A stretch of 64,000 nucleotides of DNA from Candidatus Hodarchaeum mangrovi (GTDB taxonomy: Archaea > Asgardarchaeota > Heimdallarchaeia > Hodarchaeales > Hodarchaeaceae). Shown in pieces: positions 12,162-22,531 of the stretch. The stretch is taken from positions 28,528 through 92,527 of the forward strand of contig JAEOUE010000207.1 of assembly GCA_016839515.1 (NCBI GenBank), given 5' to 3'. The stretch's first letter is position 1, and every line of letters starts with the position of its first letter. The notes beneath the pieces are model-generated. The model was not told where the DNA came from. It searched no databases and saw only the letters and a list, made by a program, of their open reading frames with translations. The position numbers and the translations under genes are program-made.

Positions 12162-13685
12162 ATGAAATATTCCAAGGTCAAAATTTTAAATAAACCTTTT
12201 CCATTCATAAAATACCGCTTTTTGGGAGACTATAACTTTTTTTATGAGATGGAATTTCATAAATATTTTCAATCACGGTTTAAACTTCATTTAAAACATC
12301 TAAGAGTAATTCAGGCTTTATTTATCCTAACAGGTTTTGGATTAATATTTATCCAAGCTTTTGTTTCGTTGAAAAATTTTTTTCTACTAATTTGTATCGA
12401 ATGTGTTTTAGTCTTCTTATTCATAAAATCATTTTATTATATCATTCACATTCAATTCCAAAATTATAAGATAAACACACAAATAACAGGATTTTTTGTT
12501 CTTAACGAGCTATCAATTATTCTAGAGACAACCAAATCCTTAAAAGATGCAACTAAATTCATAATTGCGGGAAGTTATCCTCTTTATTCTCTTATCTTTG
12601 AAGAAGCCTTAATAAAGTCACATCTAGGAAATCCGTTAAAAAAAACTTTATTAGTAGAAATAAGCAAAAAATTGTCTGGAGAGGTCAGAACATATTTTTT
12701 AAACATCATTCAGACTTGGGAAAGAAGCGAAAGAATTATAGAAATATCACGAAGTAATTTAATAAATAAGATAGAAGAGCAAATAGTAAAAGAAATGGAA
12801 GAATTAAATACATGGTCCTCTCTTTCTTCTGGTCTGACTTTTTTAAGCCCCCCGGTAGTCTTATGTTTTTTATTGTTATCTAACACATTTTCCCTTCTTT
12901 CAGGGCTTATTTTATTTTTATTCCTGATAATTTCGTCTGTTTTCATACACCCTGATAGACATGTCTCAATTTTATCATTAAAAAACCATCTATTATATTC
13001 AGAGGATAACTTAGGGTTTGATTTCCTAATTCTTCTTTCAGAAAATCTATCAAAAGGAAATTCTTTTTACCGAAGCTTGTATAATTCTATTAATACTTAT
13101 ATAGAAAGTAATGTGACACTTTCCTCAAAAAAAAGACAAGAAATCCTAAAATTAAGAGTTTATACAAAAGATATATCTGAAAAAGGGATTGAAAAATTCC
13201 AATCTATTTTTCCTAAACGAATTGTAAAACTTATATCACTCTCAGCAAAATTTTCTCTTCTTGATAGCAAAATTGCTGGAGAAAGATTATTTTTTCTGTG
13301 TTCAGAATTACGAAAACCTATTGATCTTATAATTCAAGGGAGAATGCGGCTTAAAGCCTCAAGCTTCCAAGAAAAGGTAATTCAATTACTTTCTCTTCTA
13401 GTTCTAGGATTTATATCTGGAGCAGCTCCTTTTTTTCTTTTTATTTCTTCATTTCTAAGTAAGCAACTTCATGAAACAGAATTAATTATTCAAAATGCTT
13501 TATATGACTTTTTATTCATTGGATATGGCCTTTTCATGAGTTTTATCCCATATAACATTCAAAATCTTGAATATTCTAAAATCTTAACAGCTATTCCAAG
13601 TAAAGTTTTATTAATGGGATTAAAATTCATTTTATTTCTTGGGATTTTTCTATTTACTCGAATCTTCTACCTAAATCTAATTTAA
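12162..13685 (+). CDS. TadB/TadC (T2SS-F/ArlJ)-like membrane platform protein
   Basis: Two soluble domains each flanked by TM pairs (LNELSIILETTKSLKDA; LSENLSKGNSFYRSL); divergent from the ATPase. Confidence 0.65.
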   Translation: MKYSKVKILNKPFPFIKYRFLGDYNFFYEMEFHKYFQSRFKLHLKHLRVIQALFILTGFGLIFIQAFVSLKNFFLLICIECVLVFLFIKSFYYIIHIQFQNYKINTQITGFFVLNELSIILETTKSLKDATKFIIAGSYPLYSLIFEEALIKSHLGNPLKKTLLVEISKKLSGEVRTYFLNIIQTWERSERIIEISRSNLINKIEEQIVKEMEELNTWSSLSSGLTFLSPPVVLCFLLLSNTFSLLSGLILFLFLIISSVFIHPDRHVSILSLKNHLLYSEDNLGFDFLILLSENLSKGNSFYRSLYNSINTYIESNVTLSSKKRQEILKLRVYTKDISEKGIEKFQSIFPKRIVKLISLSAKFSLLDSKIAGERLFFLCSELRKPIDLIIQGRMRLKASSFQEKVIQLLSLLVLGFISGAAPFFLFISSFLSKQLHETELIIQNALYDFLFIGYGLFMSFIPYNIQNLEYSKILTAIPSKVLLMGLKFILFLGIFLFTRIFYLNLI

Positions 13686-13800
13686 GGAATTTTAGTAATT
13701 AATTACATATTCAACCAATCCACTTTTGATTAATCTTTGGGAGGTTTTATTGATTATAAAACATTCATAAGGTGAAAATTATTACAATGAAGTTTTCACT

Positions 13801-16800
13801 ATGATTCAATTTTTAATCCCCAAAAAAAACTCGCGAATTTTTTCACTCTTGATAATGGTTTTGACATTCTCAATTATTTTTACTCATCACGAACCATTGA
13901 ATTTTTTAAATTCACCTGATATATCGTTGGAATTTCCTTTCGACCAACAATTTGAGAATGAAAACACCTTAATTTCGTCTGCTCACGAAATTAATTCTCA
14001 ATTATCCTCATTTGATGAAAATTCATCTATTAAATATAATATAGAGAAGATGGAAGAGAGTATAGTTGATGCATCACAAACATTAAACTTTTTTACACCT
14101 AATGAATCTCAATTTCATTTTCAATCAAATATTAGAAATATTTCTTTTGAGATAAATTCCTATCCAAATTTAACTGGTTCACATTGGGCAAACAGCCCTA
14201 ATATTGGTGATGGTGATGTAAATATTACCAAATTTACTTCTTCTGAGGAGTCATTCTACCGTCTAAATTTTTCTGACACAGGAGAATCCATTATTTATGG
14301 TACGGTCAACGAATTATTCAATTCTATATCAATTCCATCAATTTTTAATCATTCAACAATTGTTCAATTCTCTTTTAGAATACCTTATCTATCATCGGAA
14401 TTAACAAACTCATTACATAGACTAGAATTGGAATTAAATTTCATTAACCGTTCTCTTATATTTGTACTTTCAAATTATGGTTGGAATTATGGAGCTGAAG
14501 TAGAAGAAAATATAGTAAAAGGAACAAATGCTCTTTATATAATGTGTAATCAATCAGAATCTATAGAATGGTATCACTTTTCTATCAACATTACAAGATT
14601 AATTCAGACATATTTTAATCCTGAAGAATTCAGTTTATTCTCACATATTGAATCCTTATATTGTAATATGCTTTCTATGGTTCCAAGGTATGAATTATTA
14701 TTAGATTTCAAACAAATTATTTTTAATACACAATTAGAACCATTATTTCCATTAAATTATACAATTGGGAGCTATGAAACATTTTGTTTTGATGGAACTT
14801 TATTTTATAATACAACGATTGGAAACGTCTCCATTTCAATTGAAGAACAATCTTCATGGGAAAAAAATCTACGAACGATTTTAAATATTAAAGTTAAGAG
14901 AATTTTCATTTATAATTCTATCATAGAATTATCTAATTGGAATTCAACCCATTTAGAACTTTTAATGAAGATAGAGAATCAAATTCTTCTCAGTAATTAT
15001 CAAAGTTTTTTTGTAATTATAATACCTTCTGATTGGAATAATCTAATTTTAAATGTCAACTCCTCATCATTCAAGAGAATGAGAAATTACTCTTCTTTGA
15101 ATACTTATTTAACGTTAGATTTAGTGAGATTTAATATTACTGGTTTTAATCCAACCTTATTCTCTGCAATTTCCCCAAATTATCTAGAGAATATCTCTGT
15201 TCAAACCGAAATCATACACGGAGAAGTATTTAAAGTGAGGGGAGAACTTAAATATCCTTTGCAAGGAAATATTAATTTATTTCTTGAGACTAATCAATTT
15301 ATTTATTATCAAAGCACATTAGTGATGATTAATTGTACATTTATCTTTCCAGAAATTATAATTTCTGATCAATTTCCTACTGGTCTTGTAAATCTAACTT
15401 TAAATTGGACCAATACTTTTGAATATGGTTTTTTCAATCAGATAATTTTGGTTCATGATTTTCCAAATCCTGAATCAGATTATATTTCCCTTGACTCTTC
15501 TCATGCTTTAATAATTAACCAGTTTAATCAATTTATATTAAATGTCTCTTTATTCAGAGATGAAATTCCTTTTATATCAAATAAAACTCAAGTTTTTTTG
15601 TTAAAAGAAACTGAGAGCTATTTTTTCTTTAAAATAATCGATAATAACTATAAACTCCATATAGAACATATAACATGGGAACCAGGTCTCTATCAACTTG
15701 ATATTTATGCTATAGAAGTTTCTGGGTTTTTTACCCAGCATTCTATAAATATCACAGTAATAGAGTCAGAAATTCTCTGGAATTTTGAATATTTAAATCC
15801 TATCTATCAAATTTCCAGTAATTTAACTTTTTTACTATATACATATTTTTTTCCAAGGGGAAGCGAATCCTATTACCCAATTAATGACTTTAAAATTGAA
15901 CTATGGATTGATGAAACTCTTTTGGGCATTTATTTTTCAGATCAATTTGGACTAATACTTGTGAATGTTTATCCTGTTATTCAAAGTAATATATCTGAAT
16001 TTAATCTTTTTATAATTGGATCACTCAATGGAAAAATAGAGAAAATTGACTCCTTATCCTTTATTGTCCAAAATACGAGCATTATTGAGGGTTTTTCTCA
16101 AGTTGTCGTTAAAGAAGTTTCAAGAACTCCCATCGAACCAAATAAATCTTTTTTTGTACATTACGAAGTTGAATATTTAACTGATGCTTCAAATTGGTAT
16201 TATTTTATAGGAACTCAAAGTAATAACGTTCTTTCATCTTTTATTATCAGAGATTCATTTGTAATAAATACAGAAATTGTCAATCAAAGCATTATTTGGA
16301 ACCAACAAGCAAATCCAACTTTTAAAGATTTTTTAATAATTGAGTATCCTGGTCCTAGAATTTATACTACAATTGAATTAGATAAACCCATTTTTAAATT
16401 TAAAATTGATATCAAATCAAATATATCCATTAGTAATTTTTCAATAAGTTTAAATCTTCAATTCCTTGAATTTCCCTTCTCAAATTTGTCACTTTTGGAT
16501 TCGCTTTCTCGAGATGTTACTAGTTCATTCCCATTGGAAATTGATGGCCCCATTATCTTTATTAGATCCCTAAATATACTTGAAGGTAAATCAATAATTC
16601 TTACTCTTTTAGGTCAATATGAAACTCCCGAAATTATAAATTTCTATCCATTTTTAGAAAATTATTCCTATAATGAGAGTATGATAGGAGGGTGGAAATT
16701 CAATTGTTATTCAAATTTTACATATAAGATATATTATGTCATAGATGCAATTAAACGAGAGAATATAAATTCTACTCATTCTAAATTCGAAAATGGAACT

Positions 16801-17316
16801 GTTATTATCATAACAACATTACCTCGACTTTCTTGGAATAATACAGTATATGTTTATCTTTGTCTTTATTTTTCTGATTATTTTATAATACAAAGTATAG
16901 AACAAAAAATTGTTATTAATGACCCTTATCCTCCAGAGCTTACAGTGTCTTTTGAATCTTCTGAAACAGATGTTATTATTCATAGTTTTATTTTTGAACC
17001 TGAAAGAGCTTCAGGAATCAGAAATATAATTTTTAACACTGAAAAACGATTGATTGAAAATATCTCAAAACCTGATTACTATTTACAATTCATATTTCCA
17101 AGATCAGACCTTAAAACAGAACAATATCAAATAGTTGTTTTTGATTTTGCTAATAATAATATTTCGCTAAAATTTGATTTAACAAGGTTTTTTTTAGAAA
17201 ATTTACCTGGATTTTTTGAAAATCCTGTTTTTTTCTCAATATTTTGCTCTTTAATATTTTCAACTGGAATTGTGCTATTGAGGATATACCGAAAGCATAA
17301 AACTACAATTTTATGA
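13801..17316 (+). CDS. Large secreted, C-terminally anchored surface protein
   Basis: N-terminal signal, 1171 aa beta-rich body with many N-x-S/T sequons, C-terminal TM followed by YRKHK. Confidence 0.75.
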   Translation: MIQFLIPKKNSRIFSLLIMVLTFSIIFTHHEPLNFLNSPDISLEFPFDQQFENENTLISSAHEINSQLSSFDENSSIKYNIEKMEESIVDASQTLNFFTPNESQFHFQSNIRNISFEINSYPNLTGSHWANSPNIGDGDVNITKFTSSEESFYRLNFSDTGESIIYGTVNELFNSISIPSIFNHSTIVQFSFRIPYLSSELTNSLHRLELELNFINRSLIFVLSNYGWNYGAEVEENIVKGTNALYIMCNQSESIEWYHFSINITRLIQTYFNPEEFSLFSHIESLYCNMLSMVPRYELLLDFKQIIFNTQLEPLFPLNYTIGSYETFCFDGTLFYNTTIGNVSISIEEQSSWEKNLRTILNIKVKRIFIYNSIIELSNWNSTHLELLMKIENQILLSNYQSFFVIIIPSDWNNLILNVNSSSFKRMRNYSSLNTYLTLDLVRFNITGFNPTLFSAISPNYLENISVQTEIIHGEVFKVRGELKYPLQGNINLFLETNQFIYYQSTLVMINCTFIFPEIIISDQFPTGLVNLTLNWTNTFEYGFFNQIILVHDFPNPESDYISLDSSHALIINQFNQFILNVSLFRDEIPFISNKTQVFLLKETESYFFFKIIDNNYKLHIEHITWEPGLYQLDIYAIEVSGFFTQHSINITVIESEILWNFEYLNPIYQISSNLTFLLYTYFFPRGSESYYPINDFKIELWIDETLLGIYFSDQFGLILVNVYPVIQSNISEFNLFIIGSLNGKIEKIDSLSFIVQNTSIIEGFSQVVVKEVSRTPIEPNKSFFVHYEVEYLTDASNWYYFIGTQSNNVLSSFIIRDSFVINTEIVNQSIIWNQQANPTFKDFLIIEYPGPRIYTTIELDKPIFKFKIDIKSNISISNFSISLNLQFLEFPFSNLSLLDSLSRDVTSSFPLEIDGPIIFIRSLNILEGKSIILTLLGQYETPEIINFYPFLENYSYNESMIGGWKFNCYSNFTYKIYYVIDAIKRENINSTHSKFENGTVIIITTLPRLSWNNTVYVYLCLYFSDYFIIQSIEQKIVINDPYPPELTVSFESSETDVIIHSFIFEPERASGIRNIIFNTEKRLIENISKPDYYLQFIFPRSDLKTEQYQIVVFDFANNNISLKFDLTRFFLENLPGFFENPVFFSIFCSLIFSTGIVLLRIYRKHKTTIL

Positions 17317-17327
17317 GATGAAATATT

Positions 17328-18725
17328 GTGAATAAGAGAATTCTATTCCCAATTCTAGTAACTAATTTTTTCTTATTATTTTTTATTATTTACACTATAA
17401 ATTTTTTTGATATTGCCAGTTATTTATCATTATCTCCTTTAATAATAATTCTTTTTCGAGAAATGTTATGGATTAAAAAAACAAATCTTAAGAAGTTTAA
17501 AATAGTGTTAACTGATCGTAATTTTGCTTTTATTCAAAATCATAGTATATGGATGTGCATATTTGAAGCACAGATTAATGAAAATATTAAACTAGATAAA
17601 TTACAACATTTAACATTTCTTAAGACCTTTTCAATAGAAATCAATAAAAACGAATCCATAATATATATTAGGATATTTACTACCTCATTGGAAGAAATAA
17701 ACCTTTTAGTGAATAAATGTTATCCCATTTTAGAAGTAATCTTTCCTGATATACAATTATTAGAGTTAAACACCTTGATAGAAAAAATTAATGAGTATAA
17801 GATATTAACATTCAGAAATAAAAGCTTTCTTTATTCAAAAACTCATTTTATCTTTCCCTTAATTCCAGAAAAGGAAATTGAAATAAAGGAATATTCTTCA
17901 ATGATATTGACTTACAATAAAGATAGTAAATCAAATAAATTACTTGGAAATATTTATTATATCAAACTATTTGATAAAAAAACCCCTTTCTTATTTTTAA
18001 AAGAAATTTTTCTTACCTATGGAACCCCAAGTTATCTAAAGTTTATTAAGAAAGATTTTGTGAGGATAAGACTAAAATCGCCTTTAAAAGACTATTCTGA
18101 GCTACCATTTGAGAAAACAATTGATAAAATTTCTTTGTTCTTACAGAAGGAAAACATTAATTCTTTCATAAGTGAGGAGAAAATTAAATCAAGAATTCAG
18201 TGTCAGGGGACAAGTAAATTCACTAGTATCCCTCCATCTAATGATAGTTTCATGAGGGGAAAGAAATCAAAATTATTTAATACAATCTACGATCAATTTC
18301 TAAATCTTCCAAATTTAAATCAAATATGTTTTGAATTATGTAGTATTTTCGACGATTCCTTTCTTGCAGAGGATGAAAAACGAGTGAAATGTGACCGAAA
18401 ATCAAAATTTTGCTTGAAATTGCTGAAAAATGAAAACTTCAAGCTTATCATTGAAAATATCACAAAACAAAAAAATGCAGCTGAACTCGAATATCTTTTA
18501 GGAGAATTAGCACAGCATATTTCTACTCAACAGCTGGTCTGTGTTATGGCCCATCTTTCTCAAGAATCTAGTAAAAATTTGTTACATAATGATTTGTTAC
18601 CAATTCTTTACTTTCTCATAAAACTCTTTATTGAAACTCAATTGAAACTAGGAAAAGATGAAACTATTAGTTTAATTCCTTTGAAAAGAGATTTAAATAG
18701 GAATAAAATCTTGGGAGATATTTAG
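17328..18725 (+). CDS. Hypothetical protein, N-terminal TM pair plus soluble domain
   Basis: 465 aa ORF 11 nt after the previous stop. Confidence 0.65.
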   Translation: MNKRILFPILVTNFFLLFFIIYTINFFDIASYLSLSPLIIILFREMLWIKKTNLKKFKIVLTDRNFAFIQNHSIWMCIFEAQINENIKLDKLQHLTFLKTFSIEINKNESIIYIRIFTTSLEEINLLVNKCYPILEVIFPDIQLLELNTLIEKINEYKILTFRNKSFLYSKTHFIFPLIPEKEIEIKEYSSMILTYNKDSKSNKLLGNIYYIKLFDKKTPFLFLKEIFLTYGTPSYLKFIKKDFVRIRLKSPLKDYSELPFEKTIDKISLFLQKENINSFISEEKIKSRIQCQGTSKFTSIPPSNDSFMRGKKSKLFNTIYDQFLNLPNLNQICFELCSIFDDSFLAEDEKRVKCDRKSKFCLKLLKNENFKLIIENITKQKNAAELEYLLGELAQHISTQQLVCVMAHLSQESSKNLLHNDLLPILYFLIKLFIETQLKLGKDETISLIPLKRDLNRNKILGDI

Positions 18726-18748
18726 AATGCTAAAATGTATATATAATA

Positions 18749-18850
18749 TGGGCCCACCCGGATTTGAACCGGGGATCTTTACCTTGCCATCTAAAAAAAT
18801 GGCATCTCGGTTATCAGCCGAGCGCTTTAACCAGGCTAAGCCATGGGCCC
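18749..18850 (-). tRNA. tRNA-Ile(GAU) with 27-nt non-canonical intron at 43/44 (18779-18805)
   Basis: CTCGG CT GAT AA CCGAG arm; intron stem TGCCAT/ATGGCA; bulges AG|A and AA|A; 75-nt mature cloverleaf. Confidence 0.93.
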
Positions 18851-18888
18851 TTCTTAACTTTCAATTGAGGGCATAATCAGTCCTTCTG

Positions 18889-18898
18889 TTTATATAAA
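18889..18898 (-). promoter_or_regulatory. TATA box upstream of tRNA-Ile(GAU)
   Basis: TTTATATAAA about 40 nt upstream of tRNA position 1. Confidence 0.5.
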
Positions 18899-18911
18899 TA
18901 AACCTTATGGA

Positions 18912-19337
18912 TTAACGGTAGCTTTTTGTATATTTTGCTCTTGCTCCAGGTCCACCAAATTGTTTAGGTTCACGCCGCCTAGGATCACCAACTATCATAT
19001 GTCTATCATAATCAAAATATTTGGCTCGAAGTTGATCAGAATTAGTCCATGCAAGTAGGGCTCTAGCTGTTGCAGTTCTAGCAGCATCAGCTTGTCCCAT
19101 AAAACCACCGCCTTTCACTTTAACCTTGATATCGATACTTTTTCTTAATTTTTGGTCGATAAAGTGTAAAGGTTCCATTAATTTCATTTTTACAATATCA
19201 GGTTCAAGAATCTCTAAGGGCGTACCGTTTACTAATACACGACCAGAACCATTCCTTATAATTGCACGAGCAATTGCAGTCCTTCTTTTCCCACTTCTTA
19301 ATATACTTTTCATAATTCTTCCCTCAGATTTTTGCAT
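18912..19337 (-). CDS. rps9: 30S ribosomal protein uS9
   Basis: SGKRRTAIARA...GGGFMGQADA...GPGARAKYTKSYR. Confidence 0.97.
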   Translation of the reverse strand: MQKSEGRIMKSILRSGKRRTAIARAIIRNGSGRVLVNGTPLEILEPDIVKMKLMEPLHFIDQKLRKSIDIKVKVKGGGFMGQADAARTATARALLAWTNSDQLRAKYFDYDRHMIVGDPRRREPKQFGGPGARAKYTKSYR

Positions 19338-19761
19338 TTAATTCCTCTAATGTTATATAAGCTGATTTTTTACTCAGTTCCTTCGTATTTTGGAGGACTT
19401 CTACTTTTTTTTCTTTGAAAATCTCAGGAGAATTCTTAAAGACAATTAATCTCTTATAGGCCTCTTTACCCTGACCTTTCTTATAGGGAAGCATACCACG
19501 TACTGTTCTTTTGAAAATCTGGTCTGTTTCCCTAGGATAAAAAGGACCTCTTAAAGGATTTGATTTTGTTTTAATTTTATACCTTTGAAAATATTTCAAA
19601 CCAATATTATCAGGATTACCAGATATCATTACCTTATTCGCATTAATTATTATAATTTCTTCACCCTTCAATAAACGTTTAGCCACATTACTAGCTAAAC
19701 GCCCTAATATCGAATATTCAGCATTAATTATTGTTGCATTTTCAGAAATAAAATCGTCCAT
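19324..19761 (-). CDS. rpl13: 50S ribosomal protein uL13
   Basis: ILGRLASNVAKRLL, RTVRGMLPYKK. Confidence 0.96.
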   Translation of the reverse strand: MDDFISENATIINAEYSILGRLASNVAKRLLKGEEIIIINANKVMISGNPDNIGLKYFQRYKIKTKSNPLRGPFYPRETDQIFKRTVRGMLPYKKGQGKEAYKRLIVFKNSPEIFKEKKVEVLQNTKELSKKSAYITLEELNAKI

Positions 19762-19780
19762 TTTATCACCACATTTCCTT

Positions 19781-20155
19781 CTACTTTATTATTCGTATAT
19801 TTGATCCTTTAGGGTATTTAGTTAGTAACTCTCGTATTGAAAACATTTGGCTTCCTGAATTATTAAGCTTAGCACGTGCTTTCTCTGAAAAAGATTCAGC
19901 TGCTATCTCAATTTTATGATTGAATTCACCAGAACCCAGAACTTTCCCAGGAATTAAAAGAATATCACCAGACGAAGAAATACGATTTAAATGGGATAAA
20001 TTAACTGTAGGTTTTTTTCGATTAGGTTTAGATAATTCAGAAGCTAATCTAGACCATATCATAACATTTTGACTTATAGATATAGCTTTTAGCTCTTCAA
20101 TCAAGGATACCATGTTTGGATTAGTTCTTCCTTTTATTGTCACTCTATTTCCCAC
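19781..20155 (-). CDS. rpl18e: 50S ribosomal protein eL18
   Basis: TNP...VNLSHLNR...PGKVLGSG. Confidence 0.95.
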   Translation of the reverse strand: MGNRVTIKGRTNPNMVSLIEELKAISISQNVMIWSRLASELSKPNRKKPTVNLSHLNRISSSGDILLIPGKVLGSGEFNHKIEIAAESFSEKARAKLNNSGSQMFSIRELLTKYPKGSNIRIIK

Positions 20156-20156
20156 A

Positions 20157-20957
20157 TTAAAATTCGTCTACGTGTTTCTTAAATGTTTGAGTCTTTTCTT
20201 TTAATACTTTTAGAGATTCTAATAGAATTTCCTTTATTTTCAAAGAACCAGTGCTTTCAATTAAAAATACAAAATCCTTTCCAGTTGTAGAGACATTAAC
20301 AGCATCTAATTCACAGATATCAACACATTGATTGCACAAACTACAATTAATCACATTAATTGCTTTAATTTTATCATCCTCGATTTTAATAATATCACGA
20401 GGGCAGACTTGAACACAATCCCCGCAATAAGTGCAATTATCTAAATTAAATTCAACCACAGGAAAATATTTATAAGAAACTGTTGATACAGGTTGCCATT
20501 TGGCGTGATCCATTCCTCTACCTAATCGAGCAATAGCTTCTAGGAAGATTTTTTGATTCTTAGCAAGTTTAAGGAGAGGTATTGTAGAATATACTGGAGT
20601 AACTTTAGGATCTTGAGAAAGTAGATCACTAGAAAAAACAACTTCAACCTCTTGAGTTCCAGTTTTTTCCAAAGTTAAAGAGACTTCACATGATGTACAA
20701 CCTTGACCATTACAGGAACAGACATCTGATCTTACATAGCTGTTAAGATCAGTTTTTAAGGGTATTAATCCTAGTCGATGAGCGATTATCTCGTCGTAAA
20801 GCGGTGTAGTATTCTCAATAATGATTACTTCATCAATAGCCATCGTAGGTACTTCGCTCATTATCATTCTTCGTAATGAATTAGCGAAAGTTGGAGTTAC
20901 ATCGGAGAGAATGAACTTAATATAGTTCTCCCGTTGTTCAATTATCTCAAGTTCCAA
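20157..20957 (-). CDS. rpoD: RNA polymerase subunit D (Rpo3) with ferredoxin-like insert
   Basis: ANSLRR...EVPTMAID, AHRLGLIPL, HAKWQP; two CxxCxxCxxxC motifs. Confidence 0.97.
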   Translation of the reverse strand: MELEIIEQRENYIKFILSDVTPTFANSLRRMIMSEVPTMAIDEVIIIENTTPLYDEIIAHRLGLIPLKTDLNSYVRSDVCSCNGQGCTSCEVSLTLEKTGTQEVEVVFSSDLLSQDPKVTPVYSTIPLLKLAKNQKIFLEAIARLGRGMDHAKWQPVSTVSYKYFPVVEFNLDNCTYCGDCVQVCPRDIIKIEDDKIKAINVINCSLCNQCVDICELDAVNVSTTGKDFVFLIESTGSLKIKEILLESLKVLKEKTQTFKKHVDEF

Positions 20958-21381
20958 GTATACACTTCCGCTTTAACAAGGATTTATTTTTTCTTTAATA
21001 TTATGTAAATTTCAATCGAAATAAAGGTCTTCAGAGCTTTATTTTTTTGTTGATAAATTACATAGAGTTTTTTTTACCGATTTGGCAACATCTGCCTTAG
21101 CTTTAAATGTTTTTTTCTGAAAATGGTTTCTATTCCTAAGAAAAGTCGAATATTCAACCTAGAATATTTTGATCTTAGAATTAAAAGAGAAAAATACTCC
21201 TGAACTTATATTTACAATTTAAAAAGGATTATTTCAAATCTATATTACCATTTATTCTCATCATTTAAATTATTTTTAGGATATTAACCTTAAATTATTA
21301 AGATATATTTCTCTAATCAATAATTAGGGATTTAATAAGAAAATTTTATCAGATAATTTAAAAAATAGGATTGTTCTGAAA

Positions 21382-21660
21382 ATGATTTTAAAAATCCTAG
21401 GTCAATGGGATGAATATATCCATGGCTGGCAATTATTGATTGAATCTGGTGATCAACTATTTTGGACTTCTCTCGTTCTAGTCGCTTGGATAGTTAGAGC
21501 AATTTCATTAACGATGATACTTTTACAATTAGGTGACAAACTTATTAGAAATAAGAAGGATTTCGAATTTAACTTGTTAATTACAGGAGTAATATTTCTC
21601 TTAGTAACTGTACCATTTTTTTTAGCAGGATTACCTTTAGTTTATCCGTTTTTACCATAA
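21382..21660 (+). CDS. Small two-TM membrane protein
   Basis: 92 aa, hydrophobic hairpin with a charged loop. Confidence 0.6.
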   Translation: MILKILGQWDEYIHGWQLLIESGDQLFWTSLVLVAWIVRAISLTMILLQLGDKLIRNKKDFEFNLLITGVIFLLVTVPFFLAGLPLVYPFLP

Positions 21661-21661
21661 T

Positions 21662-22531
21662 TTAGTTTTCAGGAAAGTTTTTCCTGATATCATTATAAAT
21701 CAACAATATTTCTTCTCGATCAAGATTGATAGGCTGAGACTCCATATTTTCTAGCTCGTCTAACCTCGAATAGTAATTTTTCCATTTAAACGAATATTTT
21801 TCCTTAAAATATGGTTTAAGATTGTTTTTTACCTTTTTATGCTTTCGACAAAATAGATGATTGAGAAAGTTAATATAATCAGCAGTTTTTACAACATCAG
21901 GTGGACTTAGACAGTCTCCTCTTATTATGCTTGAATACACCTTTGGAGATGGATAAAAAGAATGGGGAGAGATATCTTCAATTATAGTTCTGAATTTGAA
22001 GAAATATGAGGGGTAGACTGAAATTTTACTATAATTAGAAGTTGCAGGGGCTGCACAAAGGTGTTTTGCGAATTCTCTCTGCAAAGTAACTACTATTAAT
22101 TCAGGGGACTGTTTAAGCACGCTAATTCTATGAAAAAAGGGAGATGATATATTATATGGTAAATTTGAAACAATTTTATGATGAAAAGGGAGCTCAGTCT
22201 TTAAAAAATCCTCGGAGATGATATCCAGTTTCTTATCGAATTCTATAAACTCTTTCCGAACGAGTGAAGCTAATAACGGATCAATTTCATAAGAATATAC
22301 TTTCTTACAATTTTTCAGTAAAAAATATGTCAAAATTCCAATCCCTGTTCCTATTTCTATTATAATATCATCTGATTTTAATTCAGAATTTAATATAAGA
22401 AGATCAATTAGTCCTTTATCGATCATAAAATGCTGACCAATAGATCTACGTATTCTAAGGGCATATTTATCTGAAATCTCTCTAACAAACTGTCTTAAAT
22501 CCCCAGATTCTAATAAATTTAATACCTTCAA
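21662..22531 (-). CDS. rsmA: 16S rRNA dimethyladenosine transferase KsgA/Dim1
   Basis: GQHFMID, EIGTGIG, VSNLPYNISS, FYPSPKVYS. Confidence 0.95.
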   Translation of the reverse strand: MKVLNLLESGDLRQFVREISDKYALRIRRSIGQHFMIDKGLIDLLILNSELKSDDIIIEIGTGIGILTYFLLKNCKKVYSYEIDPLLASLVRKEFIEFDKKLDIISEDFLKTELPFHHKIVSNLPYNISSPFFHRISVLKQSPELIVVTLQREFAKHLCAAPATSNYSKISVYPSYFFKFRTIIEDISPHSFYPSPKVYSSIIRGDCLSPPDVVKTADYINFLNHLFCRKHKKVKNNLKPYFKEKYSFKWKNYYSRLDELENMESQPINLDREEILLIYNDIRKNFPEN

